Positions 1-10,043 are shown, counted from the stretch's first letter. The stretch is 64,000 nucleotides of DNA from a virus (IMGVR_UViG_2531839014_000003:1-64000); one strand, 5' to 3'. The notes: generated by a model not told the origin, from the letters alone. Program-made: numbers and translations.

Positions 1-990
1 TTGAAAGACATCCGTCTTTTTACCTCTCAGCCTGTTGCCAAATTTTATGACTCGTTATTCCTCCGGCTTGATTTATCTTTTGTTCAGGAGCCATCCCTGG
101 AAGCGGGCCTGGATGAGGAAATTGCCTATACGAAGGAATTGCTTTCCGTCCTGGAGGAAGGGATTGCCGCCTGCGGGGACAAAAAGATACAGGACCTGGC
201 GGAAAGGATACGGGGATTATTAGATACGGATAAGATCCGGGAAATCAGATCAAAAGATGACGAAGATGCCCGGTTTGGGCACAAGACACCCACGAGTACA
301 TTTTATGGGTACAAGAACCATCTGGCAATGGCGGAGGAAAGGCTGATCGCGGGGATAAGCATAACGCCGGGAGGGGAACCTGACGGCCAGCAGTTGCCCG
401 GATTAATTGAAAAGGCCCAGAAAAACGGGATTGAAGTAACGGAAGTGATCGGGGACATGGCGTATGTCAGTGAGGACAACGTGGATGCTTGCGGGGAAAA
501 AATCACTTTAATAGCGAAAATAAATCCTGCGGCCGCGGCTGCTGCGGAAGCGAAACTTGAGGAAGGATTCAGTTTTAACAAAGATGCAAAGATGCTGCAA
601 TGTCCGGCAGGTGAACTGGCCATGCGGGTTGAGAAGCGGGAGGCAAAGAACGGGAACCAGTACCGGAATTACGTATTCAGCAAGAAAAAATGCGAAAAGT
701 GCCCTCTAAAAGGACAGTGTAAAGTAGGGAAGTGGAAAACCCACAGCTATAGTATTACCCAAGCAAGAGAAAAGAACCGGAGCAGGCTGGAATTTGAAGC
801 AAGCGAAGAATTTCAAGAACGCCTGAAGATACGGCACCGGATTGAAGAAAAGAATGGGGAATTAAAGGAAGCCCACGGATTAGGCAGAGCAGATTCAGTG
901 GGATTGTTTGCTATGGAATTGCAAATGAATTTTACGGCATTCGTAGCAAATATTAAGAGAATAACGAAGTTGATTGCACTGGCCGGATGA
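1..990 (+). CDS. IS1182-family DDE transposase, N-terminally incomplete or chimeric
   Basis: D-DARFGHK, FYGYKNHL, GDMAY, CPAG..C..CP..C zinc ribbon, RHRIEEKNGELK..HGL motifs. Confidence 0.85.
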   Translation: MKDIRLFTSQPVAKFYDSLFLRLDLSFVQEPSLEAGLDEEIAYTKELLSVLEEGIAACGDKKIQDLAERIRGLLDTDKIREIRSKDDEDARFGHKTPTSTFYGYKNHLAMAEERLIAGISITPGGEPDGQQLPGLIEKAQKNGIEVTEVIGDMAYVSEDNVDACGEKITLIAKINPAAAAAAEAKLEEGFSFNKDAKMLQCPAGELAMRVEKREAKNGNQYRNYVFSKKKCEKCPLKGQCKVGKWKTHSYSITQAREKNRSRLEFEASEEFQERLKIRHRIEEKNGELKEAHGLGRADSVGLFAMELQMNFTAFVANIKRITKLIALAG

Positions 991-1088
991 TAAAACAGCC
1001 CATATTTTTTAGTGAATCATAATCTCTGACACCATATTATAGAAGAAAGAAAAACTCCCACAAAAAACGGGAGTTTTTCAGTGCCCTC
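1..1088 (+). mobile_element. IS1182-family insertion sequence (right part); right end near 1088
   Basis: Transposase ORF 1..990 followed by hairpin AAAAACTCCC..GGGAGTTTTT and terminal TTTTTCAGTGCCCTC; GC content higher than the phage DNA. Confidence 0.75.
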
Positions 1089-1144
1089 ATAAAATAAGGA
1101 TTTCTCGACTCTCCTCGGGTTGGGCTATTCGTTAAAATAGTCAG

Positions 1145-1193
1145 CAGGGGAAGAGGGGCTCGAACCCCCATCTACGGTTTTGGAGACCGCTGC
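1145..1193 (-). pseudogene. 3' half of tRNA-Trp(CCA); prophage att core
   Basis: Minus strand GCAGCGGT-CTCCAAA-ACCGT-AGATG-GGGGTTCGAGCCCCTC-TTCCCCTG: anticodon arm, T arm and acceptor 3' strand, with no D arm or 5' strand. Confidence 0.85.
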
Positions 1194-1236
1194 AAAAGTC
1201 CAGATTATCCTTATTTTACTTACTTTTAGAAAAAGT

Positions 1237-1260
1237 GGGAACACTTTTGGGAACACTTTT
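1237..1260 (+). repeat. Tandem 12-bp direct repeat GGGAACACTTTT x2, probable integrase arm-type site
   Basis: Exact repeat about 45 bp inside the att core. Confidence 0.6.
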
Positions 1261-1448
1261 TATATTTTAAATTCCTTGTAAATATATGTATTTTCCCATT
1301 TCTTAAATGCATCAATCGGAATATAGTACTGTTTACCAATTTTTATTTTGGGAAATGACTTCTTCTTTATTATAGCATATGCCTTCTTCTCACTGCAATC
1401 TAATATTTTCTGTATGTCTTTCACTTTTAAGTATTTATCTACATTCAT
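1260..1448 (-). CDS. Excisionase / HTH_17 DNA-binding protein
   Basis: YLKVKDIQKILDCS..AYAII...FPKIKIGKQYYIP; GGAGGT SD before ATG at 1448; adjacent to att. Confidence 0.8.
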   Translation of the reverse strand: MNVDKYLKVKDIQKILDCSEKKAYAIIKKKSFPKIKIGKQYYIPIDAFKKWENTYIYKEFKI

Positions 1449-1515
1449 ACAATACCTCCAATACAATAGGGCCGGATTATATACCAGCCCAAAATAACCT
1501 CTTATATACACTCTT

Positions 1516-2151
1516 TCATCTTTTAATATAAACATCAGCCCAGTACACCCCCATCTCCAAAGCCTCCTGGTGTGTCTCTACAGCCATATCAATCTTGTGG
1601 CCCTTAATCATTCCCCCTGTGTCTTCTGCCTGGTACTCAACGCCATCTATAACAACCGTGCTGCCAAGAGGTATGACGCTTGGATCAACACTGATTAGTC
1701 CAGGATATACAGGTATTCCTGTCCGGGTAAGCCCTTTTCCATCGCCGCATATATGCTTATATGGTTCACAGCAATAGTGACTAATTTTAAATTGTCCAAT
1801 ATATTCAAGGGAAGTTTCTGTATCAGAAAGATACTCAGATTTGATATAGGCATAACCATCTTCTGTGGTAATCATGGACCATCCATCATATTCGCCAAAC
1901 ACTTCAAATGATGTATTCAGAAAGGTCTGACCAAGAACTATTGATTCAATATCAGGCTTCTCCCAGATGTTAACTCCATCTTTATTTGCATACATTGTCT
2001 TAGGTTCTAACGCCCCAATAAATGCTTCTTTCATTGTTTCTATCTGTGCCGTCATTGTAACGGTTTCTTTGTTTTCTTCTGCCCATGTCGCCATGGGCGT
2101 GACTAAGGATAGGAATAATACACTGATCCACATTATAGATAATTTCCTCAT
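1516..2151 (-). CDS. Secreted SH3 + 3D-domain cell-wall protein
   Basis: Signal peptide, SH3b-like segment, 3D motifs ISVDPSVIPLGS, AEDTGG.IKG.KIDM. Confidence 0.85.
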   Translation of the reverse strand: MRKLSIMWISVLFLSLVTPMATWAEENKETVTMTAQIETMKEAFIGALEPKTMYANKDGVNIWEKPDIESIVLGQTFLNTSFEVFGEYDGWSMITTEDGYAYIKSEYLSDTETSLEYIGQFKISHYCCEPYKHICGDGKGLTRTGIPVYPGLISVDPSVIPLGSTVVIDGVEYQAEDTGGMIKGHKIDMAVETHQEALEMGVYWADVYIKR

Positions 2152-2176
2152 ATGTTTCTCCTATTTTTATTAAATA

Positions 2177-2578
2177 TCAGTTTTGCGGATAAAGCAAATC
2201 CGGATTGTCAAAAATGTTGCCAACAACATCAGCATTTGCAAACATTTCAAGCGTATACTGTTGATAGCTATCGTCTATATCATCCACAGCAAATCCTATA
2301 TAATCTTCCGTATACCACATTACTTTTCCGACTGCCTTAATTGCATCATGGTAGATAATATCATTCTCCCAAATTTCTCTACCGTTCTTATCGGTTATTC
2401 CGGCATACTGACAGACGGTTTTAGGGTCTATTTCAATCCATTCCGCATAACGTTCGTCATATCCATGGTCATCATCATATACCGGCAAGATATAGTGATG
2501 TCCTCTGCATTTTACATAATAGCCTTTCTCCCACTCGGCATTGTCCAATCTCTTTGCCTTACATAAATATCTGTCCAT
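2177..2578 (-). CDS. YopX family phage protein
   Basis: TVCQYAGITDKNGREIWENDII and VVGNIFDNPDLL. Confidence 0.85.
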   Translation of the reverse strand: MDRYLCKAKRLDNAEWEKGYYVKCRGHHYILPVYDDDHGYDERYAEWIEIDPKTVCQYAGITDKNGREIWENDIIYHDAIKAVGKVMWYTEDYIGFAVDDIDDSYQQYTLEMFANADVVGNIFDNPDLLYPQN

Positions 2579-2597
2579 TTTGTTCCTCCGTTAAATA

Positions 2598-2783
2598 TTA
2601 ATTTATTGTATCCATCCACCTGCGAATATCGTCCGCCAGGGCTACATTATCTGTGGCATCCGCATAGGCCAATAAAGCCGCCTTTGCCGCCGGGTCCCTG
2701 TCCGGTCGAAGCACAAAACACTCATCCACGATGCTGTTATCCGATACTTTATACACATTGTATTTAACTTTCAATCCGTCCAT
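2598..2783 (-). CDS. Hypothetical phage protein
   Basis: 61-aa ORF with SD, co-oriented. Confidence 0.6.
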   Translation of the reverse strand: MDGLKVKYNVYKVSDNSIVDECFVLRPDRDPAAKAALLAYADATDNVALADDIRRWMDTIN

Positions 2784-2828
2784 AATGTCCTTCCCTCCGG
2801 TTCTCCCGGAAAATGTCAGTTTTGTAAA

Positions 2829-3128
2829 CTAAAGCTTTTGACCGCAGTATGGACAATACTCGTAATCCTCATCTATTGGCACATCACTATTACATTTTCC
2901 ACATTGGATACTATCCTCTGGGTCAGTTTCTGACGGTAAGCTGTTAGGTTTTAAGCGCGCTTCTAACTCGGCAATCCAATAATCCTTATCACACTCGCTA
3001 CACCGCTCATGGACGGTTCCAGTTGATACACTCCGACTACTGAACCGGCTGTATGTAAGTCCCTTTTTATACTTTTTGCAGTTATGCCGACTTGTTAAAT
3101 ATTCACAATCTCCATTACAATATCCCAT
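2829..3128 (-). CDS. Zinc-ribbon phage protein
   Basis: CGKC..YCPYCGQKL C-terminus. Confidence 0.6.
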   Translation of the reverse strand: MGYCNGDCEYLTSRHNCKKYKKGLTYSRFSSRSVSTGTVHERCSECDKDYWIAELEARLKPNSLPSETDPEDSIQCGKCNSDVPIDEDYEYCPYCGQKL

Positions 3129-3331
3129 CTATATTCCTTCCTCCGTCAATCTCGGAAATTCTTTGTCCGTCATATGTTTCCAGCAGATACAAAGTTCATG
3201 ATATTCTCTACTAAGTTTTTTTCTGCTTTATAATCCCAAATTTGCATATCACACCACTTATCTACATTCTTTTGCAAAACATTCATGTGTTTTTACATAT
3301 ACGCTTTTATACATAATTTTCTAACCTCATT

Positions 3332-3895
3332 CTAAATATAATATTCTGGTTTATCAGTTGACCCGAAACCACCATTTCGTACCGTGTTACACTCATCATC
3401 TACTGTAATTCCAAATGGTAAGAAGATACCTTGTGCCATCCCTTGCCATGTTGGTATATCTACTGTTTTACAGATGCACGAATCATTGATTAACTTTACA
3501 AAAATATGTCCTTCATTATTAGACAAAAAATAATCGCTATCAATTATTCCAAAAGTATTACTTAGGCGCACCCCATACTTAAATCCATGTCCGGAACGAG
3601 GTAATATACCTAAAAACCAACCAGGTTCAATCCTACATCTAATACCAGTGGGAATCTTAATTGTCATCCCTGGCTCAAGTATAATATGTACTGGTGTAAA
3701 AATATCATATCCGGCTGAACCCATTGTGGCTCTTTGCGGCAACTTGATTCTCTCGTAGATTTCTGAAAGTAATCCATCTCCCGGAACTCCATATTTCACT
3801 CCAAAGGAGTCAATCATATCTTTGAAAAACTGTTCTCTTGATACCTTTTCAAATTTTGCTATTCTTGTTTCCATCATCATCATCACCTTCCACAT
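3332..3895 (-). CDS. dut: dUTPase (true start probably one of the Met codons at 3874-3883)
   Basis: SAGYD, PRSG, GIIDSDY, RNGGFGST motifs. Confidence 0.95.
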   Translation of the reverse strand: MWKVMMMMETRIAKFEKVSREQFFKDMIDSFGVKYGVPGDGLLSEIYERIKLPQRATMGSAGYDIFTPVHIILEPGMTIKIPTGIRCRIEPGWFLGILPRSGHGFKYGVRLSNTFGIIDSDYFLSNNEGHIFVKLINDSCICKTVDIPTWQGMAQGIFLPFGITVDDECNTVRNGGFGSTDKPEYYI

Positions 3896-4211
3896 ACAAT
3901 ACTTCTCTTTTATCTAGCTCGTTTATCACTTCGCAAAATGTTTTGTATACCATATCCCTAACCAAATCCTTGCATGTGTTTGGTGTAAAATAGAATGTGT
4001 TGTAACTCATTCCGGTATTGTTATCAATTACATACCATTCAATCTGTTCATCGGGTTCCTTCGATAAGTCAATTCTGATTGATAATGAAATTGTATCTTT
4101 GTAAAGTCTCTCCCTCTTTCTAAATAGGCTCTTGTTCTCTGACTGTTGTTTAAATCCTGCCTTGATTAATTTCTCTGGTGTTACGTTGCAATGCAATTTT
4201 AATTTTATCAT
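3849..4211 (-). CDS. Hypothetical protein
   Basis: 120-aa ORF with SD. Confidence 0.55.
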   Translation of the reverse strand: MIKLKLHCNVTPEKLIKAGFKQQSENKSLFRKRERLYKDTISLSIRIDLSKEPDEQIEWYVIDNNTGMSYNTFYFTPNTCKDLVRDMVYKTFCEVINELDKREVLYVEGDDDDGNKNSKI

Positions 4212-4359
4212 TCTTCACGCTCCTTCAATAAATCAATGATATACCGGAACATAAGTAGTTTCCTACTTATATATTCTCTGTACTCTTTACTCAAAACTCC
4301 ATCTAACATTATCTTGTATTGGCGTACCTCCTCTTGGAAATACACCAAACACTTCTGAT

Positions 4360-4932
4360 TCATGCTGTCCATAAAACTAGTTCTCCATTAAGAAACGATT
4401 TTTGAACATCAATAACTCTTTGATTCTTACTGCCACGCCATTTAAGGGTTAAATCTCGCTTGTCCTCCATATATTTTCCATCTACAAGCACATCACATAA
4501 TTTAATGGTATTTTGTCTACATGTTTTAATTAAATCTGCTCTGCGTTCTAAAAGATTTTCACTAAATCTTAAGTCTGCTTTTTCTTGCCAGTTGTAATTA
4601 AATAATTCTTCCCATGTATAGCCTGTATATAGCCAAATGATTTTATCTCGAAAAGTATGTCGGATTTCATTTAGTAACATACAAATTTCATCTACATTTT
4701 CATCAGCCAATGGTTCACCACCAAGAATACTGACCCTTTTAACAAATGGTTTGCTAATAAGGTCTAAAAACTGTAATTTTGTTTCTTGGGTCCATTCGAG
4801 TCCACCTTGAAAGTCCCATGTTTCAGAGTTAAAACAATTGTAACAATGAAAATGACAGCCTTGGACGAAGAGGGCAACACCTATACCCTCTCCGTTGCTG
4901 ATGTCCATGTTGCGTATCTGAGCAAAGCGCAA
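4360..4932 (-). CDS. nrdG: Anaerobic ribonucleotide reductase activating protein
   Basis: DISNGEG, CxxxCxxC, LGGEP, WRGSKNQR. Confidence 0.95.
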   Translation of the reverse strand: MRFAQIRNMDISNGEGIGVALFVQGCHFHCYNCFNSETWDFQGGLEWTQETKLQFLDLISKPFVKRVSILGGEPLADENVDEICMLLNEIRHTFRDKIIWLYTGYTWEELFNYNWQEKADLRFSENLLERRADLIKTCRQNTIKLCDVLVDGKYMEDKRDLTLKWRGSKNQRVIDVQKSFLNGELVLWTA

Positions 4933-4944
4933 TGTAGTCTCCTC

Positions 4945-7197
4945 CTAATTCTCTATTGCATGGTCATCTACATGAACATATCTATTCTGAAATTCATCCA
5001 ATCGTCCTTGATTCCAGCCATTTGTTGCAGTTCCAATATATCCACATGTTCGTCTTGCAACGTTCATTTTATTAGTATCCTCATTACCACAATTTGGGCA
5101 TCTCCAGCCAAGTTTTCCATCGATATCTAATAACTGGATTTCACCATCATATCCACATACTTGACAATAATCACTCTTTGTATTTAATTCAGCATACATA
5201 ATGTTGTTATAGATAAACTTAAGAATCTCCAACACAGCAGGAATATTATCTTGCATATTGCATGTTTCAATATATGAAATAGCACCTCCAGGACTTAACT
5301 TCTGAAATTTTGACTCAAGTCGTAATTTCTCAAACGGATCGATTTCTTCAAATACTGGAATATGATAAGAATTAGTGACATAATCTCTATCTGTAATTCC
5401 TTCTATTACACCAAAACGCTCCTGAAGTTTTTGCGCAAATTTATATGTAGTAGATTCCAATGGAGTTCCATAAACACTATAATCAATATTTTCATTCTCT
5501 TTCCAGTGGTTACATTTATCGTTTAGAGCTTGCATTACCGCAAGTCCGAAAGCTTCTCCTTCACCTTCATCACTATGACTCTTCCCAGTCATATACTTTA
5601 CACATTCATATAATCCGGCATATCCTAAGGAAATAGTTGAATAACCATTATATAAAAGATTATCTATAGTTTCACCTTTGTCTAATCGTGCTAATGCACC
5701 GTATCTCCAAAGAATAGGAGCAACATCTGAAGGTGTTCCTTTTAAGTGTTCGTGTCTAATACGAAGTGCTTTATGGCAAAGTTCTGTTCTTTCATCAAAT
5801 AGTTCCCAGAATTTATTGAAATCACCACTTGATGATAATGCTATGTCTGGTAGATTAATAGTTACTACCCCACAATTAAATCTACCATAATACTTATGCT
5901 TTCCTTCTTCATAGTTCTTCGCTTTTGCGATATTTCCAACACCTTTTTCTGTGAAACGGTCTGGAGTAAGAAAACTGCGACACCCCATTGGGGTATAAAT
6001 ATCCCCCTTTAATTCAAACATTACTTTTTCAGAAACATAATCTGGAACCATACGTTTAGCTGTGCATTTTGCAGCCAATTCAGTCAAATACCAATACTTA
6101 CTATCTTTCGAAATATTATCTTCCTCTAACACATAAATCAATTTAGGAAATGCAGGAGTAATCCATACACCTTGCTCATTTTTAACGCCTTGATAACGTT
6201 GCTTTAATGTTTCTTCGATCAACATCGCCAAGTCAGCTTTTTCCTGCTCATTCTTAGCTTCATTAAGGTACAAGAAAACAGTAAGAAATGGTGCCTGTCC
6301 ATTAGTTGTCATCAGTGTAACAACTTGATATTGAATAGTCTGAATTCCTTTCTTTATTTCATCTATCAAGCGTTCATTCGTAACCTTTTCTACATAATCT
6401 GAATAATTAATATAACTGCCAACTGCATTAGACTTAAGTAAGGTATCGATCTCTTGCTTTACTTTTTTTCTAATTTTCTGTCTACTAATATCAACAAATG
6501 GTGCTAAGTGTGCCAAAGAAATACTTTGGCCTCCATATTGTGACGAAGCAACCTGGGCAATAATCTGAGTGGCAATATTACATGCCGTGGAAAAGCTACG
6601 CGGTTTCTCAATTAATGTTTCACTGATGACTGTGCCATTCTGAAGCATATCTTCAAGATTGATGAGATCGCAATTATGAGTTTTCATAGCAAAATAATCC
6701 ATATCATGGAAATGCAAGATTGCATCTTCATGAGCCTGAACAAGCTCTGGCGGAAGTAAAAATCTCCTAGATATATCTTTACTTGCAATTCCTGCCATAT
6801 AGTCACGCTGCGTTGTAACCAATCTTGGATTCTTATTAGAATTCTCACTATTCCAATAGTCGTTAATGCCACCTAATAGTTCTTGAATTTCTTCATCGGT
6901 TGTATTAGACATTTCTCTCTGAAATTCTCTGGTCTTACGGTATCCTTCATACGCTTGGGCTGTAAGTACAGCATCTTTTTCGATTAGCTTCTGAAAAACT
7001 ATATTTTCAATATCATAAATACTAATCGTTTCTTCGTTACAGCAAGATTTCTCAATTTCATCTGCTATGGTATCTGCAATCTTCGGTTGGATTACACCAC
7101 CATTTTTCATTGCTTTCATGATTGCTCTTGATATTTTAGCTTTATCAAAATCCACCTCTGAACAATCTCTTTTTAAAACTTTTACCATTTTATCCAC
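4945..7197 (-). CDS. nrdD: Anaerobic (class III) ribonucleoside-triphosphate reductase
   Basis: N-terminal ATP cone, MGCRSFL, RRTCGY glycyl-radical motif, zinc CxxC pairs. Confidence 0.97.
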   Translation of the reverse strand: MDKMVKVLKRDCSEVDFDKAKISRAIMKAMKNGGVIQPKIADTIADEIEKSCCNEETISIYDIENIVFQKLIEKDAVLTAQAYEGYRKTREFQREMSNTTDEEIQELLGGINDYWNSENSNKNPRLVTTQRDYMAGIASKDISRRFLLPPELVQAHEDAILHFHDMDYFAMKTHNCDLINLEDMLQNGTVISETLIEKPRSFSTACNIATQIIAQVASSQYGGQSISLAHLAPFVDISRQKIRKKVKQEIDTLLKSNAVGSYINYSDYVEKVTNERLIDEIKKGIQTIQYQVVTLMTTNGQAPFLTVFLYLNEAKNEQEKADLAMLIEETLKQRYQGVKNEQGVWITPAFPKLIYVLEEDNISKDSKYWYLTELAAKCTAKRMVPDYVSEKVMFELKGDIYTPMGCRSFLTPDRFTEKGVGNIAKAKNYEEGKHKYYGRFNCGVVTINLPDIALSSSGDFNKFWELFDERTELCHKALRIRHEHLKGTPSDVAPILWRYGALARLDKGETIDNLLYNGYSTISLGYAGLYECVKYMTGKSHSDEGEGEAFGLAVMQALNDKCNHWKENENIDYSVYGTPLESTTYKFAQKLQERFGVIEGITDRDYVTNSYHIPVFEEIDPFEKLRLESKFQKLSPGGAISYIETCNMQDNIPAVLEILKFIYNNIMYAELNTKSDYCQVCGYDGEIQLLDIDGKLGWRCPNCGNEDTNKMNVARRTCGYIGTATNGWNQGRLDEFQNRYVHVDDHAIEN

Positions 7198-7335
7198 CTC
7201 ACATATCTTTAATCCTAACCTTCAGTTCCTCCAGGTGCCTATACCTATCCGACTCATATTTTGTATGGTCCTTCACTATCATCTTTGTTTGTTCGTTACA
7301 TATCAGCTCTATAAGCAGTTTCTTATCTTCTTTAA

Positions 7336-7524
7336 TCATCTTCGAATGTATCCCTCTCCGCCATCCCTGATATCAAGACATCTATGTGATGTAGGCCCAT
7401 CTACACAATCCGGTACTCTACTAATGCTTTCAATAATATATTCTCTTCCACTTAATCTGACAGTTATAAAGTCATCTTCCTCTTTCAGCAATTCTCTTGC
7501 TAACATTCCGCCAGTTGTAATCAA
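7336..7524 (-). CDS. Hypothetical protein
   Basis: Short ORF in operon with SD. Confidence 0.45.
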   Translation of the reverse strand: MITTGGMLARELLKEEDDFITVRLSGREYIIESISRVPDCVDGPTSHRCLDIRDGGEGYIRR

Positions 7525-7536
7525 AATACTATTTCC

Positions 7537-8004
7537 TCACCTCGATTCTCCGTAATAGTCTTTAATATAAATCATTGCCTTTTTCATAGCGTTTTCGCCT
7601 GTTTCTATTCTGTCTATTTGGTTTCTAATCCACGTATGTAACTCAATACCTTCTGTACTGTTTTCTGTATCAAAAAAACCAATAACAGGAATGTTATTTT
7701 TCCATGCATCAAAAACTTCATCAATTGTTCCTGGGGATTTTTCAATATCTTTAAGATTAACAAGAATAACATCGGCAGACTCAACTTTACGTAAATCAAA
7801 CATCATAACTTCTTTTTCTGACTTGTGATAATCCCTACCGTATTCATAATAGCGGGTTGGGTCAATACAGTAAAAATCATAATCGTATGCATAGCCAGAA
7901 TATATTTCAAACCATTCGGATGCCATCTTGCGCCATAGTTTTGGATATTCAGCTCCTACACCATAACAGCCAATGGCTCCTGCTAAGTAAATTCTTACTT
8001 TCAA
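7537..8004 (-). CDS. Nucleoside 2-deoxyribosyltransferase-like protein
   Basis: IYLAG, FDL..V..ADVILV, SPGT..E motifs. Confidence 0.7.
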   Translation of the reverse strand: MKVRIYLAGAIGCYGVGAEYPKLWRKMASEWFEIYSGYAYDYDFYCIDPTRYYEYGRDYHKSEKEVMMFDLRKVESADVILVNLKDIEKSPGTIDEVFDAWKNNIPVIGFFDTENSTEGIELHTWIRNQIDRIETGENAMKKAMIYIKDYYGESR

Positions 8005-8555
8005 CTATTCTCCTCCAAATAGCTCCGCAGTTTATCTACTACATCACTAAACTCATCATTCTCGTTATTGTAAACAATTCTATCAGCCAGATTTTCAACA
8101 CCTTTAAAATCCTGGTAATCCTGTTTTATTCGGCGCTCGGCTTCTTCTTTTTTGTCTCCACGTTTCATCAGTCGATTTTTAATGGTCTGATTATTGGCAT
8201 AGATATAGACCAATCGGTACTCCAAGCTGGGATACTCTTTAACCACATCTCTATAACCTTCTGGCGTAAGTATGATAATATCCTTTTCGCCAGCACTCTC
8301 AATATCTTCTCTAGCTGACCCGTAATACCATATTCCTAATTCTGTTTTATAAACCTTATATTCAGCAAAGTAATTCTGATCAATTTTTTCTAAAAATTCT
8401 TCTTCGGATACAAAGTGATAATCGACGTTCTGTATTTCTTTCTCCCTCTTAGGTCTAGTTGTTGTGGTCAAAATCAAATGAAAGCCGTATTTCTTCAGTT
8501 CCTTTACTATAGTTGACTTACCAGAGCAAGTACGCCCCATGATTATAGTTAACAT
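8001..8555 (-). CDS. gmk: Guanylate kinase
   Basis: GRTCSGKS P-loop, TTTRPKRE.E...DYHFVS, YYG. Confidence 0.9.
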   Translation of the reverse strand: MLTIIMGRTCSGKSTIVKELKKYGFHLILTTTTRPKREKEIQNVDYHFVSEEEFLEKIDQNYFAEYKVYKTELGIWYYGSAREDIESAGEKDIIILTPEGYRDVVKEYPSLEYRLVYIYANNQTIKNRLMKRGDKKEEAERRIKQDYQDFKGVENLADRIVYNNENDEFSDVVDKLRSYLEENS

Positions 8556-9176
8556 TTATTCACCAGCCTTTATATTATAAAAATATTCATTATATAGATC
8601 ATATCGTTCCTGTATCGTCATATCACCTATAGGTATTTCTCTTTTCTCATAACACCAATCATAGAATTTATCATAAAAACCACATGACTTAAATTCTGGA
8701 CACCCCAAACGATATATACAATTCGGAACCAAAACGCCAGCTTCCAATGGATGAGTTTTATGTAGTTCATATTTAAAATCTTCAGCGAGTTCTCTTGCTT
8801 CTCTTGTTGCCTGAAAACATAATCGTTTTCTCCATGCATCAATAAGATTTTGCATGTTTGCATATCCATCAAAATTAACGAGGGCATCCTGTGTCTTTTT
8901 GTCTCTTGGTGTTTCGTCCTTCAAACGGTCATCTCTCTGACTACTTATAAACTTTTCAAATTTGTGGCGTGACCACTCCGTTGACACCCAATACTTTATA
9001 CTTTTCCAGGACCAATCAAATTCAAGAAGCCGAATTGGAGAATGTTCTGAAATCAGTAGCTTTTTCTTAAATATGTCACTTGCACTATTTTCCGTGAAAT
9101 CTTTATTGTCAGTAGTCCTACAGTGATTCTTTACCCTTTTCCAATCATCGAGAATTGTATTAAATACTGTTTTCAT
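8556..9176 (-). CDS. thyX: FAD-dependent thymidylate synthase
   Basis: EHSPIR, EWSRH...SQR, RLC..A. Confidence 0.85.
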   Translation of the reverse strand: MKTVFNTILDDWKRVKNHCRTTDNKDFTENSASDIFKKKLLISEHSPIRLLEFDWSWKSIKYWVSTEWSRHKFEKFISSQRDDRLKDETPRDKKTQDALVNFDGYANMQNLIDAWRKRLCFQATREARELAEDFKYELHKTHPLEAGVLVPNCIYRLGCPEFKSCGFYDKFYDWCYEKREIPIGDMTIQERYDLYNEYFYNIKAGE

Positions 9177-9414
9177 TATGTACCTCGTATACTTTGGTTT
9201 CTTTCATAAAATTTACAATCTCATCCTTATCGACTCCAAGCATCTCAACCTCGATTTCTTTACCCGCCTGGATTCCAAATACTCCTATGACAGATTTTGC
9301 ATCTACAACCACGCTACCGTCATATAGGTTAATGTCATTATTGTATTTCGCACAAAGATTAATAAAGTCAGTCACCTGTTCAGGCGACTCCAATTTGATT
9401 TTTGTTTTATTCAA
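9160..9414 (-). CDS. HPr-family phosphocarrier-like protein
   Basis: VVDAKSVIG (Ser46 motif); no His at the His15 position. Confidence 0.8.
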   Translation of the reverse strand: MNKTKIKLESPEQVTDFINLCAKYNNDINLYDGSVVVDAKSVIGVFGIQAGKEIEVEMLGVDKDEIVNFMKETKVYEVHNENSI

Positions 9415-9861
9415 CTACTATTCCTCCTGACTACCTTCTATGATTGATATTTTATAATTTTATATTGGACAGATTTCTCCTAATAAATATAAAATATCCT
9501 TCTCTTTTCATAATTTTATATTGGATATATTGTTGCAATATTCTTCTTTGATTTTAATATACATTGGACAGAATCAACTGTTTAGAACGAGTATCGTTCT
9601 GATTATCTTATTATCCTTATATTCATATTCCAACTGTCCAAAATTAAAGTTACGGATAATATGGAAATCTCTGACAAATATGATAGAGGGAGAATAAAGT
9701 ATTTAGCCCTCCCATTGAACCATACATATGAGTATCGTATATAGTTCTACAACTCATATTCCAACTTTAACTAAGTAATAAGGATAAAAGATTGAGCAGA
9801 CCAACTCCATCCATTATCCTATCCAATCTTTATAATGGAAGCGATCCTCTTTATCAATAAG

Positions 9862-10043
9862 TTAACTCGGCTTATGTAATGCTTCCGGCTTTTCGAAATA
9901 CTCATCAAGGCATTTATCTAAGAATCTTTCGACTGCTACTATCCTAGTCTGACCAGATTCTTCACAGAAACATTCGAGTTTTCATTAATCGCCGACTCCA
10001 ACTTAATATTTAAGATCTCAGCGTCTTTCTTTTTTCTTGACAT
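9862..10043 (-). pseudogene. Frameshifted small ribbon-helix-helix-like protein
   Basis: Adding one A near 9980 gives MSRKKKDAEILNIKLESAINEKLECFCEESGQTRIVAVERFLDKCLDEYF. Confidence 0.5.

Noticed and set aside
1145-1193. Functional tRNA-Trp
   Set aside because: 5' acceptor strand and D arm are missing
9449-9780. AT-rich repeats resembling a degenerate CRISPR mini-array
   Set aside because: Copies are short and divergent, spacing is irregular, and inverted copies occur 1.6 kb away; better explained as element ends
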